The position numbers were made by a program, and so were the translations under genes. A stretch of 63,907 nucleotides of DNA, the filler included, from Atractiella rhizophila (taxonomy: Eukaryota), in NCBI GenBank assembly GCA_021432655.1. It is 3 parts of 3 records of this genome, joined end to end, with 100 filler letters (N's around TTAATTAATTAA, not from the genome) between each part and the next. Parts side by side here need not be neighbours in the genome. Positions count along the whole stretch, not along the records: positions 31,447 to 62,735 come from MU271697.1; 2 more parts are not named here. The stretch is one strand, 5' to 3'. Positions 37,895 through 50,669 of this stretch are shown here, piece by piece (positions within the stretch are counted from its first letter, which is position 1; each line of letters begins with the position of its first letter). The notes under the pieces were generated by a model that was not told the origin of the DNA, searched no databases, and saw only the letters and a program-made list of their open reading frames with translations.

Positions 37895-39828
37895 CTATGA
37901 AGCAAGTTTATCATTCTTTGCGTTTGCTATCACCATGATCAGTCTCCCATGTTGCATTCGGAATAAGACGGGTGTACTTACTTTCGGGTTCGACATCGAA
38001 CTCCGCTTCTATTTCACAGTCTTTCAATGTTGCTTTGTCTCCAATCCTGGCTCCTGGACAAACGATACAATTTTCCAGTTTGACACTGTGTCCCCGAAAC
38101 CATCAGCTCAGTCTTCTTGGCAAGAATGATGGAGGATGTGCGCACTTTTCGCCAATCGATACATTTTCCATAATGACGCATCCAGTAATTTTTGCTCCTC
38201 TGCTGATATTACAGTTCTTACCGACCGTAGACCTCTTGATCGTCACCCGCTCCCCGATCACGACGTTGTTCCCTACGATGGAGTCTGGTGAGACGACTCC
38301 GGCAGGGTATTGCATGTCGCGTATCGGTAATCTCGCAGCTAAAGCCTATACCAAACCAGCATTCAATAAATGGTCCACGTTGGAAACTCTTAAGAGATCG
38401 CAACGAACCATCCTATTGATCTCCATGTATCCTCCCACCTCATTTCCTCTCCGGCAAAATCCATGATTTTTTCCCCAAACAAGAACCATGACCTTCTGCG
38501 CAACGCTAGGTGGCTGGTATCTGCTAACATCAGATCCTTCCTCCGTTGACCTCCTCCCAAAGGACGAATAGCTAAGTGGTACTCTGGAGTCCGCATTTTC
38601 CATGGGCACTGCTCTTGGAGTCTCAGGGACGTTGTGATTCCCGTGCGATGGCTCTTCAATCCAAGTTGACGATCGCTCCCATGCCTTCTTCCATCCGTCG
38701 CTCGTCTTTGTTGCAAGCGACATTGCAAAATTCGAGGATGGTTCTCCTTTGAACAGGAGGGAAGGTTGCCATTGCATCTTGCAGACGAGTGGTAGAACTT
38801 GATCTCGGAAGGAAGAGAGGAAGGGGAAGGCGTGCAGGATCGTGAGAACGCGAGGGGAGCAGAGGAAGATATGTGTAGGGAGAAGTGAGGTGGAGATGAT
38901 CAATGGCGAAAATCTGTAAATGAATGAGCAATGTTCCATTGATGAGATAATTTCAGTATTGGCGCACCGCTTCACCATCCCTTGTCGGAATGCCCACTCT
39001 TCCTCGTCTCCGGTCTCCCACCTCTCCTCGTCTTCCTCTTCGTCCTCCTCATCCTCATCTGCATCTTCCACCTGGTTTGTCGCCTTCTTTCTTTTCCTTC
39101 GCTTATTCGAGTCACCGACAACGATGAGTCTCCTCTCCTCCAAGTCGTCATCTTGAACGAACGAATTTGCGAGGTTTGATTTGCGCTCAGGAGAGGCTTT
39201 CATCCCCGTGAGGATCTCTTGTACTCCTCCCTTCCGTTCCGGCAGAATAGAACCAGACTCGCGTGTTTGGTAGAGAGTGGTAAGAAGGGAGTGATGAGAG
39301 GTGTGGGTCGCCATCAACTGGGAGATTACTGAGAGTGTAGGGCGTTGAGGAGCGGTTGGTGCACCAGGTGTAAAGAAAATGTCACAGGGGAGCAAGAGAA
39401 ATTGGTGGCACTGTATCAATCAAATCAGAACGTAAATGTAAGAAATAAAAAAGGCATACTTTCAGTAAACCTTTCCTATCCGCCCATCTCAAAACACCAG
39501 CAGTTCCTTCCTCATCTTCCTTCGCCGCATTTTCGTCAAGACACTGCAGCTCGATCTTTGGACTACTGCTCTTCTGATTCTTCCATCCCCTGACGAACGA
39601 ATTCAATGCCTGTTGTTGATAGCTCCCTGCAAGCACCAAGAAATCTTCTACTCCTTGAGCGAGCAACCAATCGAGCACCCATTCGAGAATGGGACGGCCG
39701 CCAACTGGGAGGAGAGGCTTGATCGGAGACTGCGAGGAGGATGAGGAAGAGATGCCTGTGTTAGTGAGAGGATAAAGTTCTTCGCCTGGCCCACAAAGCA
39801 CAACCGCTAGAAGAGCTGGCTTTGACAT
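37895..39828 (-). CDS. GCD1: Translation initiation factor eIF2B gamma subunit
   Basis: AVVLCGPGEELYPL..KPLLPVGGRPIL NT-like domain; GTAGVLR; LLLPCD; C-terminal left-handed beta-helix (DSIVGNNVVIGERVTIKRSTVG). Confidence 0.85.
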
Positions 39829-39968
39829 TATTTCCTTCTTCAGCAGAAGTTCGTTCAAGATTATTGCAGAGATTGTAGACGGTCGGAAAACTGGTTGACT
39901 TAGCGCATTTCGTTTCGTATTTGTTCGCCACGCACTCTCGAAAAACGACGAAATCCAGAAAAGACGAG

Positions 39969-40388
39969 ATGTCACTATTCGTAGGAGCAGCAGCAGCATT
40001 GGGCCTTGGTGTAGCAGCTCGCTATGGAATACGGGCAGCAGCAAGGAATGGGTCTCAGTTTGGTCCCACTTTGACTGCATTTGCTGGATTGCACAAGAAG
40101 CAGTTGGGACGGGGGAACGAAGCTTGGATTAAGGGTGGTTTCCTCCCGAAAATGGATAGGAAGGAGGCGAGCCAGATCCTCGGCTTGAAGTGTGTATTCT
40201 TCTCCTTTGTGATTTGGATACGTTGGTGATGACAGAATTGTAGGGATTCCCAAATTACCAAGCTGAGGCTGAAGGATGCACATCGACGTATCATGCTTGC
40301 GAATCACCCGGATAGGGGAGGGAGCCCATATCTTGCTTCGAAGATCAATGAGGCGAAGGATCTTCTGGAGAAAGAAGTTTCTCGATGA
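39969..40388 (+). CDS. PAM18: Mitochondrial import motor J-protein Pam18/Tim14
   Basis: [49 protein letters not shown]. Confidence 0.95.
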
Positions 40389-41348
40389 CAGCACCATTCT
40401 GTCGACGTTCCCTGTCAGTGCTTTCTGTTGACTGCCAGTGGTTTATATATACTGATAGATAGGGATAGGTAGCATTAGCAACCCAGATAGTATATATCCG
40501 CCGTACTTAACACTTCACAAGCCGCATAATCCACTCCATTTCGTTCAGTCTTTACTGTAACTGATTCTATACTTGAACTTGCATCAACTTCAGTGCACGG
40601 AGCTGAAAATCTTAGTCGTATCACAACTTCGACGGTCAGGCTGCGAAAAGTAGCATCAAGCAGAGAATTATTTTGGATTGAGCGGAGTTCATGGACTCTC
40701 ACTCCAACTCTCAATGCACAATTGATTCTAAAGTATCAATCACATCAAATCACGGGTGCTTGCCCTCAAGGATACCCTGCTTCGAATTGCGGATATGGTT
40801 GTCATGGTCGGCCCACTGGATGATGGCATAAGCTACCCAATCAATCATTTGTCAATATACTTCGCTCCACCACCTCATCCACACAAGAGACTTACCAGCA
40901 GCGAAAGGAACGACAAAGTATGGCGCCTGAAGGGCGGTACGCTTGAATCCATTCGTAGCCCAATGCTTGAAGGCACCTTTCATAGGCTTCACTCGGTAGG
41001 GGGAGATACCTTCACGTCACAAACAAACCACATGCCATCAACTTTTGCCCGGTTTGTCTGGGAAAGCGACTGAGAACGTACCGTATTGGATCACCCATCG
41101 CTGTTTAGGTCCACCAAAGTTTCCCCACCATCCCATCTACCTCCCTCACTCTCGTCAGTTCCATTCTCTGCTCCCCGAATGAAGCCGTGACGACTCACAT
41201 AGCCATGCCCTGTCGGCGACATTGAGCTCAGAAAAGTTGAGAACAAAGGCACGACTTACCTCCAGGTTGAGCGCTGCGTACCGCTTGTGTAGCTCTCATT
41301 TTATTGATAGAAGTGAGAAGAAAATGTTGATTTTGCAGGGAAAGTGAA

Positions 41349-42391
41349 ATGAACAAGAACCCTCCGCAAATGCCCTTTTCCGAAGGTTGGGAAGGGAATC
41401 AAAATCGCAGCTCACCACCACTCAATTTTGAAGTTGAATTTGGTATGTCAATACGTCTACTTATTCGATACTGATTATTGAAGAAAAAAAGTTGCAGTTC
41501 TTTAAGATGCCTCTCGAACACCGCATTCCAAATTTTCGAGCTTTCTTTCGCAACTTGAGCACTAAGCAGTTTGATGTTCGACAGTCGACGTATAACTTCA
41601 GCAGCCCTCTGACCTGCAGAAGGTTTCATGCTGAAACTTCTCCACCACTGCTTCCCAACACACATCTTCACTTCAAAAGCACTGAGAGGATGGTGGATTG
41701 CTTGTCCAAATTTACATCTGACCAAATTCGAGCAATCCGATCCTTGCGAGTCAAAGCCTTCCCGTTTCCCCTTTATGCCAGTCCTGATGCATTTGGGTAC
41801 AAAACTAACGACCTTTCTGATGTCTTGAGTCTCTTTCCTGGTCTCCAACTCAATCAACTCATCGTCGAGGATTGCTTCCACGATCCTGACGTAAATGACG
41901 GATGGGGAGACGGTGGGACCTTCATGGAGCTCAGGTCGTTGCTACGATTCGATGGTTGGAGAGAACTTCAGTTTCTTTCCCCAACTTCCGAATTCATCAT
42001 CAACAGTATCGAATCTCGTCGTCATACTAATGCTGCGAATGTAGAGGAGCTTCTACGTGAATGGAAGAGAGAGATGAAGAACAGAGATGGGGAAGAGAGC
42101 GGTGCAGACGTCAGGCTGTTTGTTGCAAATGAAGATCAAGATGTCGAAAAAGAGGAAAGTAGAACTGAACTTGTCCACAAAGAAGAGCTCGAGGGCATTC
42201 AGCTGCAGCATTCAGTTTTAGTTGTCGCGAAACGAGGACGACATTCTGACCACGTAATGAAGACAGAGGTCTATCAAGAAGGAGATTGGCGATATGAGAT
42301 TCACAACTTGTTCTCCTCGATGACTTGGGAGGAAATTAAAGCGAATGAGTTGCTGCTTGATGGGGAGGATCGTCCTTGTATTCACTTGTAG
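41349..42391 (+). CDS. Uncharacterised protein with F-box-like N-terminal motif, tandem paralogue 1
   Basis: ~900-nt main exon highly similar to the downstream paralogue; the short 5' exon from ATG 41349 is inferred. Confidence 0.7.
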
Positions 42392-42604
42392 AACTTTCGT
42401 TGCATGCCTTTAACATTAACGACATCACTACTCAAAATGCAAAGTGTTATGTCTGAGAGATGCACCTGTGCTCGTGAATGGAAGGCTCGTTGCAAGGTTT
42501 TCCATGTGTCATGACAGTGCGAAAGCAGATTCTCGTCGACTCGGCGCATTTACATACCAGCCAAATCACTATTTCTGATCCTCCATTTTGGAGCGTGAAC
42601 GAGT

Positions 42605-43556
42605 ATGGTTAGCACGCAAGTACTGGCATCGATTTGGTACTGATGACAACTTGCAGCTTCTCAAACTCCCTCCCGAACTCCGCGTTCAGGTCTTTCAGTC
42701 TTTTTTTCGCAGCCTGATCATAAAACATGGATTCGATATCCCACGGTCGACGTATAACACCAGCATCCTGCTCGCGTGCAGAATGTTCCACACCGAAGCT
42801 TCTCCGCTACTTCTTCCCAACATAACCTTACACTTCAGAAACACAGAGACGTTGGTGGATTCCTTCACCAAATTCACGCCTGAGCAAATCCGAGCACTTC
42901 GATTCTTGCGTGTCAAGGCTTTCCCGTTTCCGATTTACGCTACTCCCAATGCAAACTATTACAAAACTCACAACCTTTCTGCCGTCTTGACGCTCTTTCC
43001 TGGTCTCCAACTCGATCAGCTCATTGTAGAGGACTGCTTCCACGATCCCGGCGTAAATGACGGATGGGGAGACGGGGGGACCTTCGTGGAGCTCAGGTCG
43101 TTGCTACGCTTGGATGGTTGGAGAGAACTCCATTTCTTTTCCCCAAATGCCGAGTTTATCATCTACAGCCTCAGATCTCACGATCATACCAAGGCTACGA
43201 ATGTAGAAGAACTTTTGAGTGACTGGAAGAAAGAGTTGACGAATAGGGATGGCGAGGAGAGTGGTTCAGAGGTCCGATTGTTCGTGACGAAGGAAGAACA
43301 TCAAGATATTGAAAAGGAGGAAGATAGAACTGAACTTGTCAGCAAAGAAGAACTGCAGAGCATTGAGCTCGATCATTCAACTTTAGTCAGTGCGAAACGA
43401 GGACGGAATTGCGATATCGTTTTGAAGAAGAAAGTCTACCAAGAAAAAGAATGGCTCTTTGACATTCATGAGCTGTTCTCCAAGATGACGTGGGAAGAAA
43501 TCAAAGAGGCAGAGTTGGTGCTGGAGGCAGAGGTCGACCCTTGCAGGCACTTGTAA
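42605..43556 (+). CDS. Uncharacterised protein with F-box-like N-terminal motif, tandem paralogue 2
   Basis: ATG, then an intron, then LLKLPPELRVQVF; shares LRVKAFPFP, FPGLQL, VEDCFHDP.VNDGWGDGGTF, RDGEESG with paralogue 1. Confidence 0.75.
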
Positions 43557-43965
43557 ACTTTTTCATACTTCGTTCAGTGGCTTTTAATAGTGAAACATGC
43601 TTCACAACACGTTCCAACTTCGAGTCCAGTCGACATATCGTGTAAATTGCTTAGGAGTAGTTAACGTAGATTGATTTGACCAATCGGAACAGAATGAACG
43701 TTGCCAAAAATTCGCCGAAGGTCAAGCCGACCGCTTCGGCTCCGTCGCAAGCCTCCTCCGAAGGAGGAGGCTTGTTGCCAAGCTTAGACTGCGGCTGACA
43801 ACGACGACATCGTTCGGCTCATCCAGTCATCCAGTCACACCTCCGTTTTGCGCACTTGACATCTCAGCCCTGCCCTCGTGAATCACCCATCCCAGCTACT
43901 TACTACCACGACGGTGCACTGCGAAGCTGTCTGCGAATCTGCAAGTTGTTGGCAATCAGGTCGAG

Positions 43966-46900
43966 ATGGATGCTCTGGGTGAAGGAAATAGCGCTAAAAG
44001 GCGACGAATTCAACGCGCATGTATGCTCACTTACTTTTCATCGAAGATATCGGTTTATGCCTTTATTGCCTGCAGGTGACGCCTGTCGGTATGTCCTAGC
44101 TAGCTGCGACCATGTCGGAAAGCTGAAGTGCGCTGGATGGATGCAGGAAGAAGAAGATAAGATGCGAAGGGACTAAGGACAACCCTTGTCCGACATGCAA
44201 GCAACATGGCTTAGTTTGCACGTTTCAGGAGGTTAGCAAGAAGCGAGGACCGCCAAAAGGGTTAGTGTCTCTCAGCATTCAGGAAAGAGTGGTGTGGGAA
44301 GCGACACAGAGTGTGCGCTTCTCCGAGGACTGTTTCGTCTCTCTTGCATTCAGTTATTGTTGGAAGTGCCTCTCTTCTTGCTTGGCTTGTTCCTTCGATG
44401 CGACAGATGAGCAGGAGTGGCTCAAGGCCCACTTGGTGCTTTCGGTCTCTCCACTCTTTGTTTGGTGGCCCTTACACACTCCACTCCCTTGCAACAAAGC
44501 TTGCATGCGTTCACCGGCGTCAAATCTGCGCACTGTAGGTTTACCTGGTGGACCTTGTTTACTCATCCCAATCTGGCAATTATTGAGCAGCCGTGCTTCC
44601 GCCATTTCTAAAGGAGCAAAGGAGCGGATCAACGGCCTGGTCGGAATAGGGATATCGAGTGGCCAGACTGGTCTTCGGAACGGCTGGCATAGCATTGGAA
44701 ATATCATTGCTTTATTTAAGATTCTGTTCCAATGTGGGTGGTGCGAACTTCAAATCTTCAAAAGATTTGTCCCTCGGATATGTAGCGCTGTCGGAGCATT
44801 TGGGCATCCACTGGCTCCACGACAGGTCCAGTGACGCCCTCCAAGCAGGCATTTGTCGTCTTGCATGGCGTATGGCGTTACTTTCGAGTCATCTCAGCTT
44901 CTGCGAGTGATCCAGTTGCCTCGAAAACGGTGACCCCCCTTAGCGTGTCTTGAAAGCGAGAGCAACCGGGATTTTTCTTTGCTTAATCTTTTTCTTTCTG
45001 GTGAATCCGTTCACCGTTGTCACTTTTATTCTCTTTCCATGGTCTTTAGCAGTGTGCACGTGCTCTCACTGAAGCACCAGAGCTATCTTGTCAGGAGCTA
45101 GATAAGCAATTTACCGCTCGATGATCACGATGTAGATTACTTCCTCGAGCAAAACGGAAGGTTCGTGCTCGTGCTGTCGATAGTCAACTTTTAGCAACAG
45201 CAGATTGGCATTATATCTCGCATTATATCTTGCCTTGATGCTCAATGCTAGCAAGCTCTTAACTGGATTACTTCTCGGGTTTAGCCCATGGGTCGTCAAA
45301 CTTCTTCGACGAAGTTGCGACTTCCCTTTCTACCTCCGAGGGGTGGGGATTAAATCTGGTTCGATGGCAGTGTTGAGCGTGCTGAGCTCATGCTATTGTA
45401 TGGGCAAACCTATGCGGGTGTAAGGCGTGTGTCCTGGCTTGTCCTGCTGTACATCAATCGAGCGGTGAATCCTTAAATTATTGCAGCATGCTTAGTTTTT
45501 TTGTTGGTTTTATGTTTTTAAGGGTCCTTAGACCTGCTACCACCGCCTTCTGACTATTTTGATTTTGCGATGCTCCCTCATTCCTGATGCTCTGATGCCC
45601 CTTCATCCTCCCAAAATCATCGTTGTTGAACGACCGCTCACCGTCGGCGAATATGTCGCATCTAGGTATGTTGAGGAGTTGGAGCGGAGACTTGAGACGA
45701 TGGAGCGCCTTCTCAAGAGTTTATCTCCCGGATTTCAATCGGGAAGAGGATCAGAACCGCCTATTGATGAGGTGACCGACATCACCAAATGTCGAGACAT
45801 ACCTTCAACCATGCCTATCTCCCGTCCCTCCAATCAGCTTGATTTCGACCTCCCTTCGACCGATGTCGATGCCTCGATCGCAGACATGGCTGGTGACTTT
45901 GGAGAGATGACGATTGAGGATGGTCGATATCTCGGCAAAGCGAGCGGATTTCATCTCGCTAGGACCATCACTGCCTTTCGAAATAAGGACCGTCCGGTAA
46001 CAAGCGCCAACCCCGACAACAAAGGAGATCCACATCATCCTGGACCCCAGTTTCACACGCACAAAGTCCCGGCGACAGTCGAGAGGCTCATAGCGAATGA
46101 ACACGCTACGAATGCAACCTTGCATTCTTTCCCTGACCTCGATCTCGCCACCTCCCTTGTGGATCTCTATTTCGAAAATTACAACTCTATCTATCCACTT
46201 CTCCATCGTCCCTCATTCCAGAGACAGTATGCTACTGCCACATACGATACCAACCATTCCTTCCGGGCTCTATGTTTCGCCGTCTTTGCCATTGGTTCTC
46301 GCTTCAGCAATGATCCTCGGATCTACCCTGCCAACGTACCAGAAAGCCCTTATCCAAAGGAGCACACTCGCGGACTCGATTATTTCAACGCGTGTGTCAA
46401 ATCCGTAACGCCGTTCTGCCTGGCTGCGACTCTCGAGGACCTACAAGCACTTAATCTGTCAATTGTCTTTCTCGTGGCAAGCGCTTCGCCGATTACTGCT
46501 TGGGGAGGACTGGGATTCGCTGTGAGGAGGGCTCAGGATGTTGGTGCGCACAGGAGACTGAATGCGAGGTGGAACGTAACCCCGTTAGAGGATCAGCTGA
46601 GGAAGCGAGCGTGGTGGTCGCTCTATGCATTTGATCGCCTCCTGTCAGCGAGCCTAGGACGACCCTTGGCGGCTCATGACGAAGATATCGATTTGGATTA
46701 TCCGTATGTGTTCCAAATGTCATTTAGTCGATGGCTGAAGTCGCTGCAGGTTGGATTTGGACGATGCTACCTTGGACGAATGGAATTTCGCCGGCCCTTC
46801 AGCTCCAGTTCCCAAAGGTAACGGGCAACCCACGGCCGTGTCAGGCTTTAACTGCTTTGTGGACTTGCAACGTACGACGGGAAAAGCTTTGCGCACGGTT

Positions 46901-48314
46901 TATGCTATAAAGTGCGCAGTTCCTGCTCTGCATCCTTTGCTTAATGTAAATTCATGTGTCTACCAGCAGAGATCATGCCGTTCGACACGATCCCTATCCA
47001 CAATGGGAGCAGCGAATCGTCGCAGAGCTGGATTCTGATCTCAATCGATGGCTTGAGAAAGTGCCCCAGCACCTCAAATGGAGTCCTACGACTGAAAACA
47101 AGATATGGCTCACCCAATCTGCGTTCATCTTCACCACGTACTACACCATTCAGATCCTCGTTCACCGCGATTTCCTCTCCCCTGAACGAAAAGGACTGCT
47201 GAATTTCCCTTCACTCGCTATTTGCACCAATGCTGCCCGATCCTCTTCTCATGTCCTCGACAATCTCCGTCGCCGGGGGATGCTAGAGACTACTTGGTAT
47301 TCCTCCCCTTTCCATGCACTCACGGCTGGTATGGTCCTCTTAATCAATGTGTACGCCAAACGAGGCTCCCCTAACAACTCTCAGCTTTCAAATCAAGCGG
47401 TACTCGATGTTCAAAAGTGCCTCGACGTGTTGGAAGCGTTCTCCCGCAACTCCTTCATTGCCTTCAAAGCAGGATCTGGATTGCGAAACCTCGCAGCGTT
47501 AGGTGACGTCCCTCCTTCAACTAATGGATCGACAGGAGGAAGCAACAAGAGAGAACGTTCGGATGAAGGGGAGTCTACGGGAACCTCTTCTGGCGGTTCA
47601 CCCAATCAAGGAAGGCCCCAGGTGGAATCCACCACCACCGTCCGCCGCCGAGAGTCTGTCAAGGCTGGAGGAACGACATCTTCACTTGGCAAACGACAGC
47701 GAGAGTTACCGTTGACAACGGAAGATCTCTCGCAGTCCACATTTGGTGGAGATCAAACCTTCCTACAATCTGCAACGGGTTTGAATGCGTTCGGTTCATC
47801 ACCACCGGTCTCCAAAGCGTCGAGCAACTACAGCTCTTTCCTCGGTGGTTCCCAGATCTCACAAGATGACATCGCGCAGCTTCTGTCTTCTTCCAGCTCT
47901 AATCCTTCTGTCAATACCCAAATTCAGACATCCTTCCCATCCGATACCAACCCCGCCGTTTCCTCTGATTTGTTTAATCTTCTCTCGGGCTTTGCTGGCA
48001 GTTCTGTCTTCACCCCGAGCGCAGCATCACACTCACCTCGGCCCAGCGACGCCCTCCCTCCTTCCGTGTTTGAATTTGGAAGAGGCGATAACTTTGGAGG
48101 GATTGGAGATGTGGGTGGTTTGGGCGGTGCCAATGCCGCCTCCTCCACGATGGACAGCAACCAAGGAGTGTACGATTGGGATGCATGGTCGTTTTTGAAC
48201 GCACTTCAAAACACCAACACACTTGATCTTGCAAACTTTGCAAACAACACGAATGGGCAGAATCAGAGTCATAGTCAGGGGCAAGGAAATGCGATGATGT
48301 TTGATCAGAGTTGA
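43966..48314 (+). CDS. Zn(II)2Cys6 fungal transcription factor with Fungal_trans middle homology region
   Basis: Spliced RIQRACDACRKKKIRCEGTKDNPCPTCKQHGLVCTF..KRGPPKGYVEELERRL; YFENYNSIYPLLHRPSF; RKRAWWSLYAFDR; LGRP. Confidence 0.93.
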
Positions 48315-48440
48315 GTTTTAGAGTTTGTATGGTGGTTCTGGGTATCTTTTCAGTATTTGCATCTTCCTTGTATGTAACATAATTGCATGCATTCATCAGT
48401 CGAGTGAATACATTAATTACTCCCTCACAATCTAGAGCTC

Positions 48441-50023
48441 TCACGCCTTCAAGAACCGGCGTGTTTCGGGTGGAGGTCTTGGAGGAGGATATATGATCTG
48501 ACCAGGCTTAGGACCGTCTTCGAGAACTTGGACTAATTTGGAGGCGCTAAGCCGCTGTTCCCACCCAGTTGGAGCGCTTAGAGTCGCTTTATACTCGCCA
48601 CTCTTGATGCTAGCAATATAGCGGTAGCTCTTGGGTTGTGGAACGAACACCCTCTGGCTCTTTCCCCCACGATCGTCTTCCGCTTCCGTACCCATGCCTG
48701 ACTTGCGGGATGCTGACTTGCCCACCTGCTTCTTCAACAATCGATTGATGGTCTCTTGCTTCTACTCCCCGCATTCAGCAATGGTAGTGCTGCAAAAGCA
48801 AATAACTGACCTCTTCCTCCAACTTCTTGTCGGCTTGATTCTTTCGCTTACGGGACTGTTCAGACTTCCTAAGCGCAAGTTCAGTCTCCGTCCAGACCTT
48901 TTTCTTCGACACATCCGCTAGTCGGTTGCGCTATTCAGCTCCTATTCGACAAAATCTAGAAAGCCCTCACCCATAGGTAAACTCTGCAACTCCTCCGCTA
49001 AACCAGTTGGGTCGACGCCTTCTCTCGCTCGCTGTCGCGCCGTCATTCGAGAGTAATCCAGAGGCGTCGGGACCGCCGATGTTGAGAAAGACGAGTCGTC
49101 CTCTTCCTCCTCCTCTTCCTCATCTTCTTCAGCAAGCATGTCCACGTCCTCTTCCTCCGCCGGTGCGGCCGCGGTCTCTAATTCGTCTTGCTCTTCAGAA
49201 TACATTGCCGAGTCCTCCCCCTCGGCTTCCTCTTCTGATTCATCGCTCGATGTCACGCCGGCTGCTGTAATGACGTTCTCTATGGCATTCTATCGTTAGC
49301 CTACGCTTTCATGTGCTAAGGACCCCTCTCGATTGTACATTTGCAACTGTTAACCAATACGTTGCTGGAATCGCATAGCGAGGAACAGACTGAGCATATA
49401 CCGATACATGTACTGATAATTTATCCTTCAGCCTTCACAGCATCACGAAATACAGGTGCAAGGTAGCTCTTTCATAGCTAGAACAGAAAGCTCAAGCAAC
49501 CCTCCGCCTCGCCGCTTCAATTTGGCAAAGAAGACGAGGACATACCATCGACTCTCCTCCTCTTCCTCCCCTTTCCCGCCAGCGCAACTGCCTTCTTCTT
49601 GGTCACTTTCTTCTTCGCGCTTCCCGCACCAGCACCTCCTCCGCTCTTCCTCCCCTTCGCACCAGCATCAGAAGCACCATAACTGACCCTCTGTGTCCGC
49701 CTCCTCTTTCCGCGGCCCAACTCCTCCTCCTCCTTCTCCTCTTCCAGCTCATCCTCCTCCTCTTCATCTCCATCCTCCTCCTCTCCGTCTCCGGACTCGT
49801 CTTCCTCCGACTCCTCCTCCGCTGGCGTAGGCACGTGCGACGTCGCCAAGGGATGGGGACGCGTTGGAAGCTTCAACTTGAGCTTCAGTGCGGGTGGGGG
49901 CTGTTGTGCGTTGGGAGGAGGGCGGTGAGTGGAGGTAGCGGGAGGCGGTTTGGTCTTGGGAGGCGTGGGTGGGAGAGAGATGAGGTCGAGCTCTTCGGAC
50001 TGCTGGGAGGGTGACGTCGCCAT
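48441..50023 (-). CDS. IES2: INO80 complex subunit Ies2/PAPA-1-like (joining of the 5' exons uncertain)
   Basis: RMTARQRA; TETELALRKSEQSRKRKNQADKKLEEEKQETINRLLKKQ; RYIAS. Confidence 0.75.
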
Positions 50024-50669
50024 CTTTCTGCGGAAAGGTGCTGATCGATTCTGTATGTAGAGTTGCCTTCGAATGTCGCGACTGTGTCAAACGGACCCGA
50101 CTTGCTTTTTCCGACCTCCGGAAGACATTAACTCGAACAAAAGTTCAACTTTCCGCTTGAAGGCATAAGTTCACAACTTATCTGCATCACTCATGTCATG
50201 TGTGTGCTTATAGCCCGATAGCTAGTTCTGCGTGAAATATGCTATATAAGAATGGAGATCATGAAAGATCGATGATATTCTCCTGCCCTGACGTCCTGTT
50301 GCCCGTTTCTTCAATATACGGTATGTGCTTACGCCTCAAAGGCGTTTCGTGTAGGCATATTGTCCTACAATGACAAGGCATGTGGTCACGAAAATGCGTA
50401 TTTAGCTGCTCAATTAGTCGATATCGAATTCAAGCCGCGTTTGATAGCTAGCGAGATCAATCGCAGATCCAATATTTGTGTGACTAGGTTCGGACAAGCT
50501 CCGTCACCTCACCAACGCGTTGGTGAACGCTGAGGCTCTGCGTTTGCCACTTCTACTCATTCTTGAGTTTGCGTCGTTCCGAAATTTCCGGCGTTGGTCA
50601 CGTTGCTCCTCCCCTCCCTCCTATAAATTCTCACCCCAGTCTTCTTTCACCTTCAATGAAACTGACGAC

